Assembly: GCA_964603585.1 (NCBI GenBank)
Contig: CAZRVK010000006.1
Span: 23,650-87,649 of the forward strand
DNA: 64,000 bases
Direction of reading: 5' to 3'
DNA from: an uncultured Planctomycetales bacterium
GTDB taxonomy: Bacteria; Omnitrophota; Gorgyraeia; Gygaellales; Profunditerraquicolaceae
Below are positions 9,261 to 19,028 of this stretch, piece after piece. A model generated the notes under the pieces. That model did not search any database. It was not told where the DNA came from and was given only the letters and a program-made list of their open reading frames with translations. The position numbers and the translations under genes are program-made. Positions within the stretch are counted from its first letter, which is position 1. Each line of letters starts with the position of its first letter.

Positions 9261-10371
9261 TGCAGTGTCAGATGTTAACGCAGCATCCATTACCCGAAGG
9301 ATCGACCTGAATGTAGGTTATTCCTGCAACATGAAATGCCGGTTTTGTTATTATATAAATGATGTTGTTTCGCGAAACAGGGATAAGGATCTGTCGACAG
9401 AGCAAGCGAAAAAATTGATCATTGCTCATTACCGCAGGAATTTCAAGGTAATTGAATTTACCGGGGGGGAGCCCACGATACGCAAGGACATTTTTGAGCT
9501 GGTTTCTTTTGCCCGTAAGGCCGGTTTCCAAAAAGTTTCCATTATCACCAATGGGTTAAGGCTTGCCGATAAAAGTTATGCCAGGCGCCTGGTTGACTGC
9601 GGGGTAAGTGATTTTTTGTTCTCGCTCCACGGTTCTACTGCCTCGATGCATGATTTTGTCACTCAAGTAAACGGAAGTTACGCGCTTTTATTGAAGGCGA
9701 TCACCGGCCTTGTAGGTCTTAAGGTGAAGGTAAGGTGTAATTCGGTGATTACCGGCGCCAACCTTGGAGATATCTATCCCCGGGCGAAGTTGTTCCATGA
9801 TTTGAATGTCCCAACCGTGAATTTCATTATGTTCAATCCGATCGAACAGCAAACTAAGTCTTCATCAGACGACAATTTCTTTCGCTATTCTTCTGCTGCG
9901 GGGCATCTTAAGAAAGTGGCTGATGATTTCTCCGGGGTTTTTAAGAAGTTGACCATCCGTTATATGCCGTTATGCCAGATGAAAGGGTATGAGCAGTATA
10001 TTCAGAATGTCCATCAGGTGCATTTTGACCATGATGAATGGGATTATTATTATCGTTCGTATATTCGTGAGCCGTATTGGAAGTGGATCGCCGGGCTCAC
10101 TGTTGGTCTGGCACTATTGCCTACAAAGGGGATTTGGGTTAAAAGGGGTTTATCTCAAGCATTGCATGCGGCTATCCTCCAGGCGCATAGTTTCTTGCAT
10201 AAACATAAATTTTCGGTTTGCCGCCAATGCCGGTATGGTTTTATTTGCGGCGGAGTCTGGAAAGAATATGCCGCAAAGTTTGGTGCTTCTGAATTTAAAG
10301 ATGTTCCAGGCCCCCTGATTTTAGACCCCTGGTATTTTATGAATGACGCACAGCGGGCGGTTGAGCAATAA
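9223..10371 (+). CDS. Radical SAM enzyme with C-terminal Cys-rich (SPASM/twitch-like) region
   Basis: CNMKCRFC (CxxxCxxC) + GGEPT glycine-rich motif; C-terminal CRQCRYGFICGG; start uncertain (ATG 9223 overlaps upstream gene; GTG 9265 alternative). Confidence 0.65.
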   Translation: MLNGLNLIRRKVNAVSDVNAASITRRIDLNVGYSCNMKCRFCYYINDVVSRNRDKDLSTEQAKKLIIAHYRRNFKVIEFTGGEPTIRKDIFELVSFARKAGFQKVSIITNGLRLADKSYARRLVDCGVSDFLFSLHGSTASMHDFVTQVNGSYALLLKAITGLVGLKVKVRCNSVITGANLGDIYPRAKLFHDLNVPTVNFIMFNPIEQQTKSSSDDNFFRYSSAAGHLKKVADDFSGVFKKLTIRYMPLCQMKGYEQYIQNVHQVHFDHDEWDYYYRSYIREPYWKWIAGLTVGLALLPTKGIWVKRGLSQALHAAILQAHSFLHKHKFSVCRQCRYGFICGGVWKEYAAKFGASEFKDVPGPLILDPWYFMNDAQRAVEQ

Positions 10372-10385
10372 AATAGACTTTATTT

Positions 10386-11366
10386 ATGCCGGATTTTGTT
10401 TCCATAGTCATCCCTACTTTTAATTCTGCCTGTACGGTCATACAGACCGTTGAGGCATGTTTGGCGCAGGATTATCCGAAAGGCTCTTTTGAAGTAATTG
10501 TTGTCGATGACGGTTCTTCTGACGGGACCAAAGAAAAGCTAAAAGAGTATCCGGTCAAATATATCTATCAAAACAATGCTGGTCCGGCTCGGGCCAGAAA
10601 TACCGGATGGCGCCAGGCAAAAGGAGAAATAGTTTTTTTTACCGATTCCGATTGTATCCCTCCCAGGGATTGGGTTAGCCGGATATTACGGAATTATGAT
10701 TCGGTTAAAGTCGCAGGTGTAGGGGGCTCATATGGGATCGTAAATCCAGAGAGCCTGCTTGCAGAGTGTGTGTATGAGGAGATCCTATCCCGGCACCAGC
10801 GAATGCCCCGGTCTGTCCGGGCACTGGGTTCATATAATTTCTCGGTAAAAAGATCTGTCCTGGAAGAAGTATCTGGCTTTGACGAAAGTTACCGTATGGC
10901 CAGTGGCGAGGACAATGACCTTTCTTATAAAATACTGGAAAGAGGATTCCTGCTTGTATTTGCCAAAGATATCTGTGTGGGCCATTATCATCCGGAGCAT
11001 TTAGGGAAATATTTGCGGACGCAGTTCTGGCATGGTTTTTGGAGAGTGAAATTATATTTGGATCATGCTAAAATGGCTGGTGGGGATGATTACAGCCACA
11101 AGGGTGATTTTCTGCAGCCGCCGCTTGCTATCCTGATATTGGTGCTTTTGCCGTTTATTTTTATCCCGGGGATAATGGTTATTGCCGGTTGCCTGCTGGT
11201 TTTGGAGCTTTTTCTGCAGTTTCCAATATTTTTTTCGATATACGCCAGAAAGCCTTTTATACGTTTTTTGGCTCTTGTCCCGGTTACTTTTTTACGGGCA
11301 TTTGCCAGGGGATTGGGGTTATCTTTGGGGATTTTACGTTTTGTTATCATGAAGAAGCCTCGTTAA
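10386..11366 (+). CDS. GT2 glycosyltransferase with C-terminal membrane anchor
   Basis: SIVIPTFN...VVDDGSSDGT...DSDC GT-A motifs; hydrophobic C-terminus with TM helices. Confidence 0.7.
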   Translation: MPDFVSIVIPTFNSACTVIQTVEACLAQDYPKGSFEVIVVDDGSSDGTKEKLKEYPVKYIYQNNAGPARARNTGWRQAKGEIVFFTDSDCIPPRDWVSRILRNYDSVKVAGVGGSYGIVNPESLLAECVYEEILSRHQRMPRSVRALGSYNFSVKRSVLEEVSGFDESYRMASGEDNDLSYKILERGFLLVFAKDICVGHYHPEHLGKYLRTQFWHGFWRVKLYLDHAKMAGGDDYSHKGDFLQPPLAILILVLLPFIFIPGIMVIAGCLLVLELFLQFPIFFSIYARKPFIRFLALVPVTFLRAFARGLGLSLGILRFVIMKKPR

Positions 11367-11372
11367 AGACCG

Positions 11373-12638
11373 ATGAACTATATCTGTCAGATAAGATGTT
11401 TGTGTGCAGTAGCCGTATTGTTTGGTTCTTTGACAATATGCCCGATCTTAGATCTCGGTGCCGAAGAGCTCTCTAATATGTCATTCAATGCAACAAATAT
11501 GGATGATTTAAAGCGGGCGGTAGAATATTTACGGAATTTAAATATATCCAATCCTTCCGACCAAAGGATCAGGCAGGAGCTTGCCAGGGCGTATAATTTT
11601 TACGCTATTCAGCTGGCAAAGTCCGACCTGGATCTGGCTCTTGATTATATGCAGCGGGCAGTGGATGCCGAGCCAGATAATAAGGAATACTCCGGGAATC
11701 TTTCACAACTGCATTTTACGAAGGCTCATGGATATTTTAAGGCAGGCCATTTGCCTAAGGCGCTTCAGGGATTAAGTTCCGCATTGAGCAGTAACCCGGA
11801 TAATACGGCGGCGCTGATTTTAATCGGCCAGATCTATTATTCCGATTCGAAATTGCAAGAGGCCCTTAATGCCTGGGGAAGGGCTTTGGCGATCGGGCCG
11901 TACGATGCTCAAGTAGCCGCAAAACTCGAGCAGATAAAAAAAGAGTTGAGCAACCAAACGGCTTTCCGTAAACGGGAAACCCAGAATTTTGTTTTCATGT
12001 TTGATCGTGAACTGGATGAATTCCAGTTCGGGAATATGGAAAATATATTGAACGAGGTATATGTCAAGGTCGGGCAGGATTTCAATTATTTCCCTTCATA
12101 CCGGGTTACGGTTTTGGTGTATACGCCTCAAAGATACCGCCTGGAAGTCGAGCCTTCGGAGAATATCATAGGCAGGTATGATGGCGCAATAAGGCTTCCG
12201 GAGTATGCCTCGAAGGAAGCCAGGGATTACCGGCGTATAGTTTATCACGAGTATATGCATGCGATGGTGTATGATCTTTCTGGCAATCGTGCCCCGCGCT
12301 GGCTGCATGAAGGGCTCTCTACATACCAGGACCCCGGATTCAAGCTGGATATCCAGCTATTGGAGCAATTATCCCGGGCAGCTAAATTGCCGGGTATGGG
12401 TGGGATAGAGTCAAATTTCCTGGACTTAAATAACAGTTTTAATTTAACCGTTGGTTACAATCTGGCAAATGCCTTGATCAAATATTTCCTTGCCCGGCAC
12501 AATTTCTGGCATATGAAGAATATCTTAGTTCATTTAAGATCCGGTTTGACTGTTGATGAGGCTTTTCGTAAAGAGATTAATACGGGTGTCGAGGATTTTT
12601 ATAATGCGTGGAAGGAGGAGACTTTTAGAAATAAGTGA
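11373..12638 (+). CDS. Secreted TPR-repeat protein carrying an HExxH zinc-peptidase-like motif
   Basis: N-terminal signal peptide, several TPR-like repeats (AYNFYA, AxxYY), HEYMH + downstream EG. Confidence 0.45.
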   Translation: MNYICQIRCLCAVAVLFGSLTICPILDLGAEELSNMSFNATNMDDLKRAVEYLRNLNISNPSDQRIRQELARAYNFYAIQLAKSDLDLALDYMQRAVDAEPDNKEYSGNLSQLHFTKAHGYFKAGHLPKALQGLSSALSSNPDNTAALILIGQIYYSDSKLQEALNAWGRALAIGPYDAQVAAKLEQIKKELSNQTAFRKRETQNFVFMFDRELDEFQFGNMENILNEVYVKVGQDFNYFPSYRVTVLVYTPQRYRLEVEPSENIIGRYDGAIRLPEYASKEARDYRRIVYHEYMHAMVYDLSGNRAPRWLHEGLSTYQDPGFKLDIQLLEQLSRAAKLPGMGGIESNFLDLNNSFNLTVGYNLANALIKYFLARHNFWHMKNILVHLRSGLTVDEAFRKEINTGVEDFYNAWKEETFRNK

Positions 12639-12677
12639 GTATATACCCGAATCGTTTATATACACAAAGGAGATGAT

Positions 12678-13112
12678 ATGAAAAAGCTGTTGCAGCTTGT
12701 GGGGGTATTCTTGATCTTAGTTTTAACCAGCAGTAATGTATTCGCACAATACCGTTTTTTTGACGGGAATGACTGGAACCTGATCAAGGCGTCAGGCTTG
12801 AATGAATCGGATATGGAGCATGTTAAGGTGATGTTGTTAAAGACAATTTACGAGACTACTATATTTGATGGGACCCCGATGTTTGCGATTAATTCCGGAA
12901 AGGATGATTTTCTGACGGTTTATAACCAGGATTTTGCCAAGTATCCTGCGATTATCGATTTGTTTTACAGCCGGCCGGAAAACGCCGGATTCCCGGTGTT
13001 TTATGCTTTGCGTATCGCAGATATGATAAAGAATGGTACCCCGGAAACAGAGGTTGAGCAGTATAAGCAGGCGATCGTAGCTAAGTTTAGGGAGCAGGGG
13101 CTTATCAAATAA
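12678..13112 (+). CDS. Secreted hypothetical protein (paralog A)
   Basis: Strong RBS AAGGAG, signal peptide, shares FDGNDW and ...LRIADM.KN... and C-terminal GLIK with next ORF. Confidence 0.5.
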   Translation: MKKLLQLVGVFLILVLTSSNVFAQYRFFDGNDWNLIKASGLNESDMEHVKVMLLKTIYETTIFDGTPMFAINSGKDDFLTVYNQDFAKYPAIIDLFYSRPENAGFPVFYALRIADMIKNGTPETEVEQYKQAIVAKFREQGLIK

Positions 13113-13139
13113 AAGGGATTTTTTACTTAAGGAGAACAG

Positions 13140-13640
13140 ATGAAAGAAAAGATAAAATCCGGCGTTTCCGGGAAGAATCTGGTGGTATGGGTGATTATTT
13201 TATCGTTAGCTTTACTGGTTTTGGTATTTTTGATCTTTAGCTTTGGCGGCACAAAGAAGAACAGGATTGTACCTCCTGCGGCGGTTACACCTGGACAAGT
13301 TGGCATAAAGGCTAATTTTTGTGATGGCAATGATTGGAAAATGGTTGGGGCTTTACCGGTATCCGATGAGCAAAGGATATTCCTGAAGCAGAGCCTGATC
13401 CGGGTAGCAATGGAATCCAGCGCTTTAGCCGGTTCGCCGATGGTTAGTTCGGCTGCTCCGATCCCGGATTATATGGCGTATTTGGATAATTTTTATCAAT
13501 TAAATGATAACCTTTCAATCCCGATATTTTTTGGATTAAAGATCGCGGATATGGCAAAGAACGATTTTGATAATTCCGCGATTATTGCTTTTAGGTTAGC
13601 GGTAATGCAAAAATTACAGGTTTATGGCTTGATAAAGTAG
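13140..13640 (+). CDS. Secreted/anchored hypothetical protein (paralog B)
   Basis: Strong RBS, N-terminal TM/signal anchor, same conserved motifs as 12678..13112. Confidence 0.5.
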   Translation: MKEKIKSGVSGKNLVVWVIILSLALLVLVFLIFSFGGTKKNRIVPPAAVTPGQVGIKANFCDGNDWKMVGALPVSDEQRIFLKQSLIRVAMESSALAGSPMVSSAAPIPDYMAYLDNFYQLNDNLSIPIFFGLKIADMAKNDFDNSAIIAFRLAVMQKLQVYGLIK

Positions 13641-13647
13641 CTAAAAA

Positions 13648-15405
13648 ATGACCCCGGCATCTATTACCAGGATTGTCCGCAATCTGCTTTTGTTGATTAT
13701 ACTCGGAGCGGTTTTGTCGGCTGCGGTGTTAAGTTTCCGTAAAGCTGTCAGCCATCCGTTTCATCTGGATGAAGCCGAAGAGGCGCTTTGCGGGCTCAAA
13801 ATGTCCGAGATCGGGCCGCGCGCTTTCCTTAAAGTCCCCGAAGGCAATATGGATGTGACGCATCCATTGTTGTACACTTTTACACATGCTGCGGTGCAAA
13901 GTATTTTCGGCCCATCTGAATTTCCTTTACGGATGTACGGTGTGTTCCATTTTCTTCTTTCATTAACCCTTTTGTTGCTGATTGTTTATGAAATAACCTC
14001 TTCCTGGGAGGTCCATTTTCGCCATCTTGCCGCAATATCTGCGGGTCTTTTGTATATAGTGAACCCTCTTTTGATACAGCACTCGGTAGTGATCAATGCC
14101 GACAACAATATCCTTGCCAGTGCGATATTACTGTTTATTTATTTTTTTCTGCGGTTTGAGAGGCTTACCGGTAAAGGGTTTTTGTATTCCCGGCTTAAAC
14201 TTGCACTTTTATTTGCACTTTGTATCTGGTCCAAGGAGATGGCGCCGTTAATGCTTATAGCAGGGGTGTTGTTTTACCGGATCCTTTGCCGTTCGTTCAA
14301 ACGGTTCGTTCTGGATCTGGTTATTACTGGGGTAATAGGCATTTTGATCTTTTGGCTGACCTGGTGGATGTATTGTGTGTCGACCGGTACGGATGTCATG
14401 GGCTTTATAAAATTCACGATGATCAATAAATCAAAACTGGCGTTTAGCAGCCGCTATACCAGCGGGATATTCTCCATGTTCTTTTACGGGATGCGCTGGA
14501 ATATTTACTGGGTTTCCGCTCCGTTTCTTATGGCAACAGGCATCTTTTTCCTGGTCAGGCTAAAAAGTATCTTTCATCCGGATAAATTCCATCCGGTAGA
14601 TTTTATTTTTATTACCGCCTCCGCGATCTGGCTGCCTTTTCAGGCTTTTCGGCCAACCATCGACATGGTTAAATACCAGTATCCGAGCTATCCGCTTTTT
14701 ATCGCTGTATTGGCGTGGATGTTTGTTCGTTTTTTGACGAGATCTGGGAAGATAAAGATACAGGAATTCTTGAGTCTAAGGAATACGGCCGTATTTACTG
14801 CGGTTTTTTTTATTTTGCTATTGCATTATTACTTCTTAGGTGATTATTTGCTGGCATTATGGAAGCCTTTATCCCAGCATCTTAACTCGCATTTTATTTT
14901 CTATTATTATGCCCCTTTGTTTATGGTGTTATCGGCTGCGGCTTTTATTTCTAAAAAAAATGATTTGGCGGCAAATCTGGCGGTTTGGCTTATTATTCTT
15001 ATCGTGCCGATAAATGCTGCTTTGGGGCTTAACCAGGCAAAAGCGGATTATCTCACTTTCGAGATATGGCTCAATTATGGCGAGTCAGGGTTAGCTAAAA
15101 CCATTGAATACCTTAAAAATAACGTGCCCGATGGCGCGGTAATTTCTACCCGTGCGGATTTAGAGTATTACCTGGTGCACCGTTACGGGATCAAGATTCC
15201 GCTGAATATAAAGCCGGAAAAGATCTTTCAGGCCCCAGATGATATTTTACGCGCTTTTTTCGCAGAGTCACCGGTGGAATATTTGGTGATCGACAAGATC
15301 TCCATCATGCTGGCGTTTAATCCTCTTGTCCCGGAACTTTTAAACCGGTATTTTGGCCTGCAGCAGCAGTTTGGCGATTTTTTTATCTATAAAAGGAAAG
15401 GTTAA
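13648..15405 (+). CDS. GT-C fold membrane glycosyltransferase (ArnT/PMT-like, GT39/GT83-type)
   Basis: 585 aa, ~11+ TM helices, conserved DE in first extracytoplasmic loop (FHLDEAEE), soluble C-terminal domain. Confidence 0.5.
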   Translation: MTPASITRIVRNLLLLIILGAVLSAAVLSFRKAVSHPFHLDEAEEALCGLKMSEIGPRAFLKVPEGNMDVTHPLLYTFTHAAVQSIFGPSEFPLRMYGVFHFLLSLTLLLLIVYEITSSWEVHFRHLAAISAGLLYIVNPLLIQHSVVINADNNILASAILLFIYFFLRFERLTGKGFLYSRLKLALLFALCIWSKEMAPLMLIAGVLFYRILCRSFKRFVLDLVITGVIGILIFWLTWWMYCVSTGTDVMGFIKFTMINKSKLAFSSRYTSGIFSMFFYGMRWNIYWVSAPFLMATGIFFLVRLKSIFHPDKFHPVDFIFITASAIWLPFQAFRPTIDMVKYQYPSYPLFIAVLAWMFVRFLTRSGKIKIQEFLSLRNTAVFTAVFFILLLHYYFLGDYLLALWKPLSQHLNSHFIFYYYAPLFMVLSAAAFISKKNDLAANLAVWLIILIVPINAALGLNQAKADYLTFEIWLNYGESGLAKTIEYLKNNVPDGAVISTRADLEYYLVHRYGIKIPLNIKPEKIFQAPDDILRAFFAESPVEYLVIDKISIMLAFNPLVPELLNRYFGLQQQFGDFFIYKRKG

Positions 15406-16653
15406 ATGCAGAGTAATATTTTTGCGCGTAATGATGAGGGCTTCAATAAATTAGAGATGGCCTTTATTGGGCTGGCAAGTTTTATATTCGTTTTGCTTTT
15501 AAAGGACATTTTATTTTTTGGCCGGCGGATGTTTTCTCATGATACGATCTGGTTCTTTGGGCTGGCACAGTACTTTTATAATTCGGTTATGCATGGGGTT
15601 TTTCCGTATTGGGATATTTATAATTATTGCGGACAGCCGTTTTATTATAATTTGGGGATCGCCAGGATTATGGAGCCTTCTTCGATGATCTGGACAGGGT
15701 TAGCGAAATTATTCGACTGTTCATTGCTTAGCCTTTACCTGTGGGATTATATTTCGAAAATATTCATTTCTGCCCTGGGTGTTTATCTGGCATTTCGCCA
15801 GACGAATAGATTTGTCTTCAGCAATTTTGTGGTTTTTGCCTCTTTTTTATTTTCGTCTCTTACGATGACGGAATTACGCCAGGGTGGGGTGTTGACCTCA
15901 TTTATTTGGACTCCCTGGATCATGTGGTTTTTCTTTCGCCTGTTTAAAACCTTCGATCTTTACAATATTATTGGCTTATCGCTTTTTGCCGGACTTTCGG
16001 TGGCGAGTTATCAGGCTGGTTATGTGTTTGCCTTTTTTCAGGTATTCATCCTTAGCCTGTTTATTAATCATCGGGATTGGCTGCGCCAGGTATTCTTAAA
16101 CGGTAGAAAGGCCATTCTTTTATTATTTGGCGCCTTGATCATATTCCTGCTTTCGCTTCATGTCTTGGCGGTTTTTATCGAGAAAGACCGGAATGTTCCG
16201 GTTCTGCGCCAAATATTGACTACCCGTTCAAGCAATGATTACAGCGTTTCTTCCGGGGAAAAACCGTTATTACCGGCTGATTTCCTGGGGTTGGTGTCGC
16301 CGCCTTTGGCGGCGAAACTTTGGCAGAAGGAGTGGGTGCGCTGGCTTTCGGAATTCCCACTGTATATCGGTATTGTACCGTTTTTACTTGCTTTGTTCGG
16401 GATATTTTTTTCCCGTTCGGTGTTTCGTCTGAACTTTATGATTACTTTGGGAGTTATCGGGCTTTTGTCTTTGGAATTAAAGTTCTGGATGGGGCCGGTA
16501 GGGGATATACTTTTTCCTTTCTTAAGATATGCCCGGCATATGGGGCTGTTCCAGCCTTTTCTGGTTTTTGTGATTGTATATTTTGTTGGGCAGGGGACGG
16601 ATGTATTGATCCAAAGGTATATCCTAAAGGATAACTCAATTAAACGCCTGTAA
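15406..16653 (+). CDS. Polytopic membrane protein (possible N-terminal part of a YfhO/GT-C-like protein)
   Basis: 415 aa, highly hydrophobic; ends at TAA that is in-frame with next ORF. Confidence 0.45.
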   Translation: MQSNIFARNDEGFNKLEMAFIGLASFIFVLLLKDILFFGRRMFSHDTIWFFGLAQYFYNSVMHGVFPYWDIYNYCGQPFYYNLGIARIMEPSSMIWTGLAKLFDCSLLSLYLWDYISKIFISALGVYLAFRQTNRFVFSNFVVFASFLFSSLTMTELRQGGVLTSFIWTPWIMWFFFRLFKTFDLYNIIGLSLFAGLSVASYQAGYVFAFFQVFILSLFINHRDWLRQVFLNGRKAILLLFGALIIFLLSLHVLAVFIEKDRNVPVLRQILTTRSSNDYSVSSGEKPLLPADFLGLVSPPLAAKLWQKEWVRWLSEFPLYIGIVPFLLALFGIFFSRSVFRLNFMITLGVIGLLSLELKFWMGPVGDILFPFLRYARHMGLFQPFLVFVIVYFVGQGTDVLIQRYILKDNSIKRL

Positions 16654-16656
16654 TCT

Positions 16657-18120
16657 ATGAAAGACGAACAGATATATTTCTATATCTTCTCATATTCTTC
16701 GGCCTTGTATTGGCTTGTGATCGCAACATTGTTTTTTGCCGGCTACTTAGTAAGAAAAGGGTTTAAGAAAATTGCCTGTTTTGTTGTTTTGGCGGTAATC
16801 CTAACGGATCTTTTAGCTTATAACCTGCAGGTTTTGCCTTTTGTAACCGGGCTCCGGACAGGGGTTAATTTTAACCAAAAGCAGTTTGACTGGTCTTTGC
16901 CGGAACACCGCAATGAAAACCCTTTTCTGGATAAACGGTTCCGTTATTTTGCCTCCGGGCTCAATAATGACCATACGGCATTTGACGGTACGGCATTCGA
17001 CCGTTTTTCTGCTGCCGGGAACAGGGTCGCTGATGCGAGTGCAATGCTTAAGCAAATCCGGCTTGGCCAATTTGCCTTGCAGAAAGAAATAGATAATTTA
17101 AGTTTATTTGAGCTTATTGCCTTGGGCCAGGACAGCTATGATGATTGGCCTGGTTCCAAGAAAGAGGCTTTCCTGAACTTTATGGAATTGTTATCCGAAG
17201 ACCTTATGTTTCAGCGTAATTTTTACAAGATATTTCCTTCTGGCGAAGGACTATTATTAGCGGCGCGCAGGTTTTTAGCCGAAGGTTATCTGGATTTGAA
17301 TTCCGGCCTGGCCTGGAATACGAAGAAAGATGCGCTGGCATCCCTTGTCAAGCTGATAGATTTTGATCTGGATATCAGTCAGGAAGGATTAGGCCAGGTG
17401 ATAAAAGGCAACAAACCAGATGAAAAATCCCCGATTCTGGCGTATATCCGCAGCCTGGGGTATTTATACAAATCTACTCCGGCAAGCGAGTATTTTATGA
17501 CGCTTTGGGCCAGATACCGTATACCTTCAGCAAATAGTTTCGTAAGGCTTAAGGATTTTGAGAGGATTTACGCAGTTTATACCCGGTCGCTTACTGACCT
17601 GAAGATGACCAGGCAAAACCTGCGGATAAAGAGTGACTTTGGGATTACTGCGCCGGTCATCAATTTTTTTACTTCTGCATATTTTACAGGTCAAGATACA
17701 TATGTCAATGACCTGGAGCAGGACAGGATCACGGATAATCGGCTTTATCTGGAAGGAAAAGATCCCTCAATAAAAACCGAAAACAATCCCAGGAAAGACC
17801 AAAGCGGAAGTTTTTCTTATCTGGTCAAGAAATACACCCCGAATTATTTAAAATTGTTATGTTCATCCAAAACCCCAGGGTTTTTATATTATAGCGATAG
17901 TTTTGATAAATACTGGAAGGCTAAGGTGGATGGAAAAAGAGTAACGATTTACAAGGCAAACGGCCTTTTTAAGGCGGTTAATTTGGCCTCGGGAGAGCAC
18001 ACGGTGGAGTTTATCTACGACCCGGGGTTCTTTCGTTTTTCGATTTGGAGCTATTATTTAACCATATTGGCAGCTGTTGTTTTCTTAACCCTAAGGAGTA
18101 AAATATGGCAAAAGTCCTGA
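16657..18120 (+). CDS. Membrane-anchored protein with large extracytoplasmic domain and C-terminal TM helix (possible C-terminal part of YfhO/GT-C-like protein)
   Basis: N-terminal TM helices, ~400 aa soluble region, terminal TM helix; same frame as 15406..16653. Confidence 0.45.
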   Translation: MKDEQIYFYIFSYSSALYWLVIATLFFAGYLVRKGFKKIACFVVLAVILTDLLAYNLQVLPFVTGLRTGVNFNQKQFDWSLPEHRNENPFLDKRFRYFASGLNNDHTAFDGTAFDRFSAAGNRVADASAMLKQIRLGQFALQKEIDNLSLFELIALGQDSYDDWPGSKKEAFLNFMELLSEDLMFQRNFYKIFPSGEGLLLAARRFLAEGYLDLNSGLAWNTKKDALASLVKLIDFDLDISQEGLGQVIKGNKPDEKSPILAYIRSLGYLYKSTPASEYFMTLWARYRIPSANSFVRLKDFERIYAVYTRSLTDLKMTRQNLRIKSDFGITAPVINFFTSAYFTGQDTYVNDLEQDRITDNRLYLEGKDPSIKTENNPRKDQSGSFSYLVKKYTPNYLKLLCSSKTPGFLYYSDSFDKYWKAKVDGKRVTIYKANGLFKAVNLASGEHTVEFIYDPGFFRFSIWSYYLTILAAVVFLTLRSKIWQKS

Positions 18121-19028
18121 TTATCAAACTGGGATATTCGGAAACGCTGGATAAGGAGATATCCACTACCACCAGCCTTGGAGATGTTTTACGCACTACG
18201 GTGGTCTTGAATTTCTTTAAGAACGATCAGGTAAGCTGGCTGGTAGATGAGAAGGCGTTTCCATTATTGGATGGGAACCCTTATATTGACCGGATACTGG
18301 TTTATAGCCTGACTACGGTTTTACAACTCGAGAAGGAACGGTTTGATACCGTGATAAACCTGGAAAAGGTCCCGGGGATTTGTGCCTTGGCAGATTCGAT
18401 AAGCGCCTGGAGAAGGTTTGGTTTTCGCTTCAATGAAATAACCGGAAAGGCCCAGAGTTATGACGGGGCTGAAGAAGTCCTTGCCTTATGCCTTAGTGAC
18501 GACGAAAAACGTAAAAACCGCAAATTTTGGCAGGAGGCGCTTGCGGATATGATCGGAGAATCCTGGAACGGGCAGAAATATATATTAGGGTACCGGCCTA
18601 AAAGCAGGATCAAATATGATATCGGTTTTAACTGGGCGGTGGGGGATAAATGGTCGAATAAGGCCTGGCCTAAAGAATATTGGAAAAAGCTGGAAAATAT
18701 CCTAAAAAACAGGTATTCTATATCCTGGCAGCAAGGTTTAAATAATCTATATGAGTATATGGATTGGATTAATTCCTGCCGTCTTATCATTACCAATGAC
18801 AGCCTGGGGATGCATTTAGGGATCGCGCTTAGCCGTCATCTGATCGCGTTATTTGGGCCAAGTTCTTCCAAAGAAGTTTACCTTTACGATAAAGGCAGGA
18901 TCTTAGTCCCGGCAAAAGGGTGTGAACGCATTCCTTGCCTGCAAAGCGAATGCTCGAAATCGCGGCCTTGTATGGAATATATAACTCCCGAACGGGTAAA
19001 AAAAGAAGTATTAAGGATATTAAAATAA
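18105..19028 (+). CDS. GT9 family glycosyltransferase (ADP-heptose:LPS heptosyltransferase-like)
   Basis: N-terminal KVLIIKLG...LGDVLRTT motif characteristic of heptosyltransferases; 307 aa. Confidence 0.6.
   Translation: MAKVLIIKLGYSETLDKEISTTTSLGDVLRTTVVLNFFKNDQVSWLVDEKAFPLLDGNPYIDRILVYSLTTVLQLEKERFDTVINLEKVPGICALADSISAWRRFGFRFNEITGKAQSYDGAEEVLALCLSDDEKRKNRKFWQEALADMIGESWNGQKYILGYRPKSRIKYDIGFNWAVGDKWSNKAWPKEYWKKLENILKNRYSISWQQGLNNLYEYMDWINSCRLIITNDSLGMHLGIALSRHLIALFGPSSSKEVYLYDKGRILVPAKGCERIPCLQSECSKSRPCMEYITPERVKKEVLRILK

Noticed and set aside
9989-10318. 109-aa + strand ORF overlapping the 9223..10371 radical SAM gene in another frame (similar overlaps at 4284..4466, 4915..5184, 16235..16634)
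   Set aside because: These are nested inside longer ORFs with clear family motifs. They have low-complexity or Arg-rich composition typical of out-of-frame translation.
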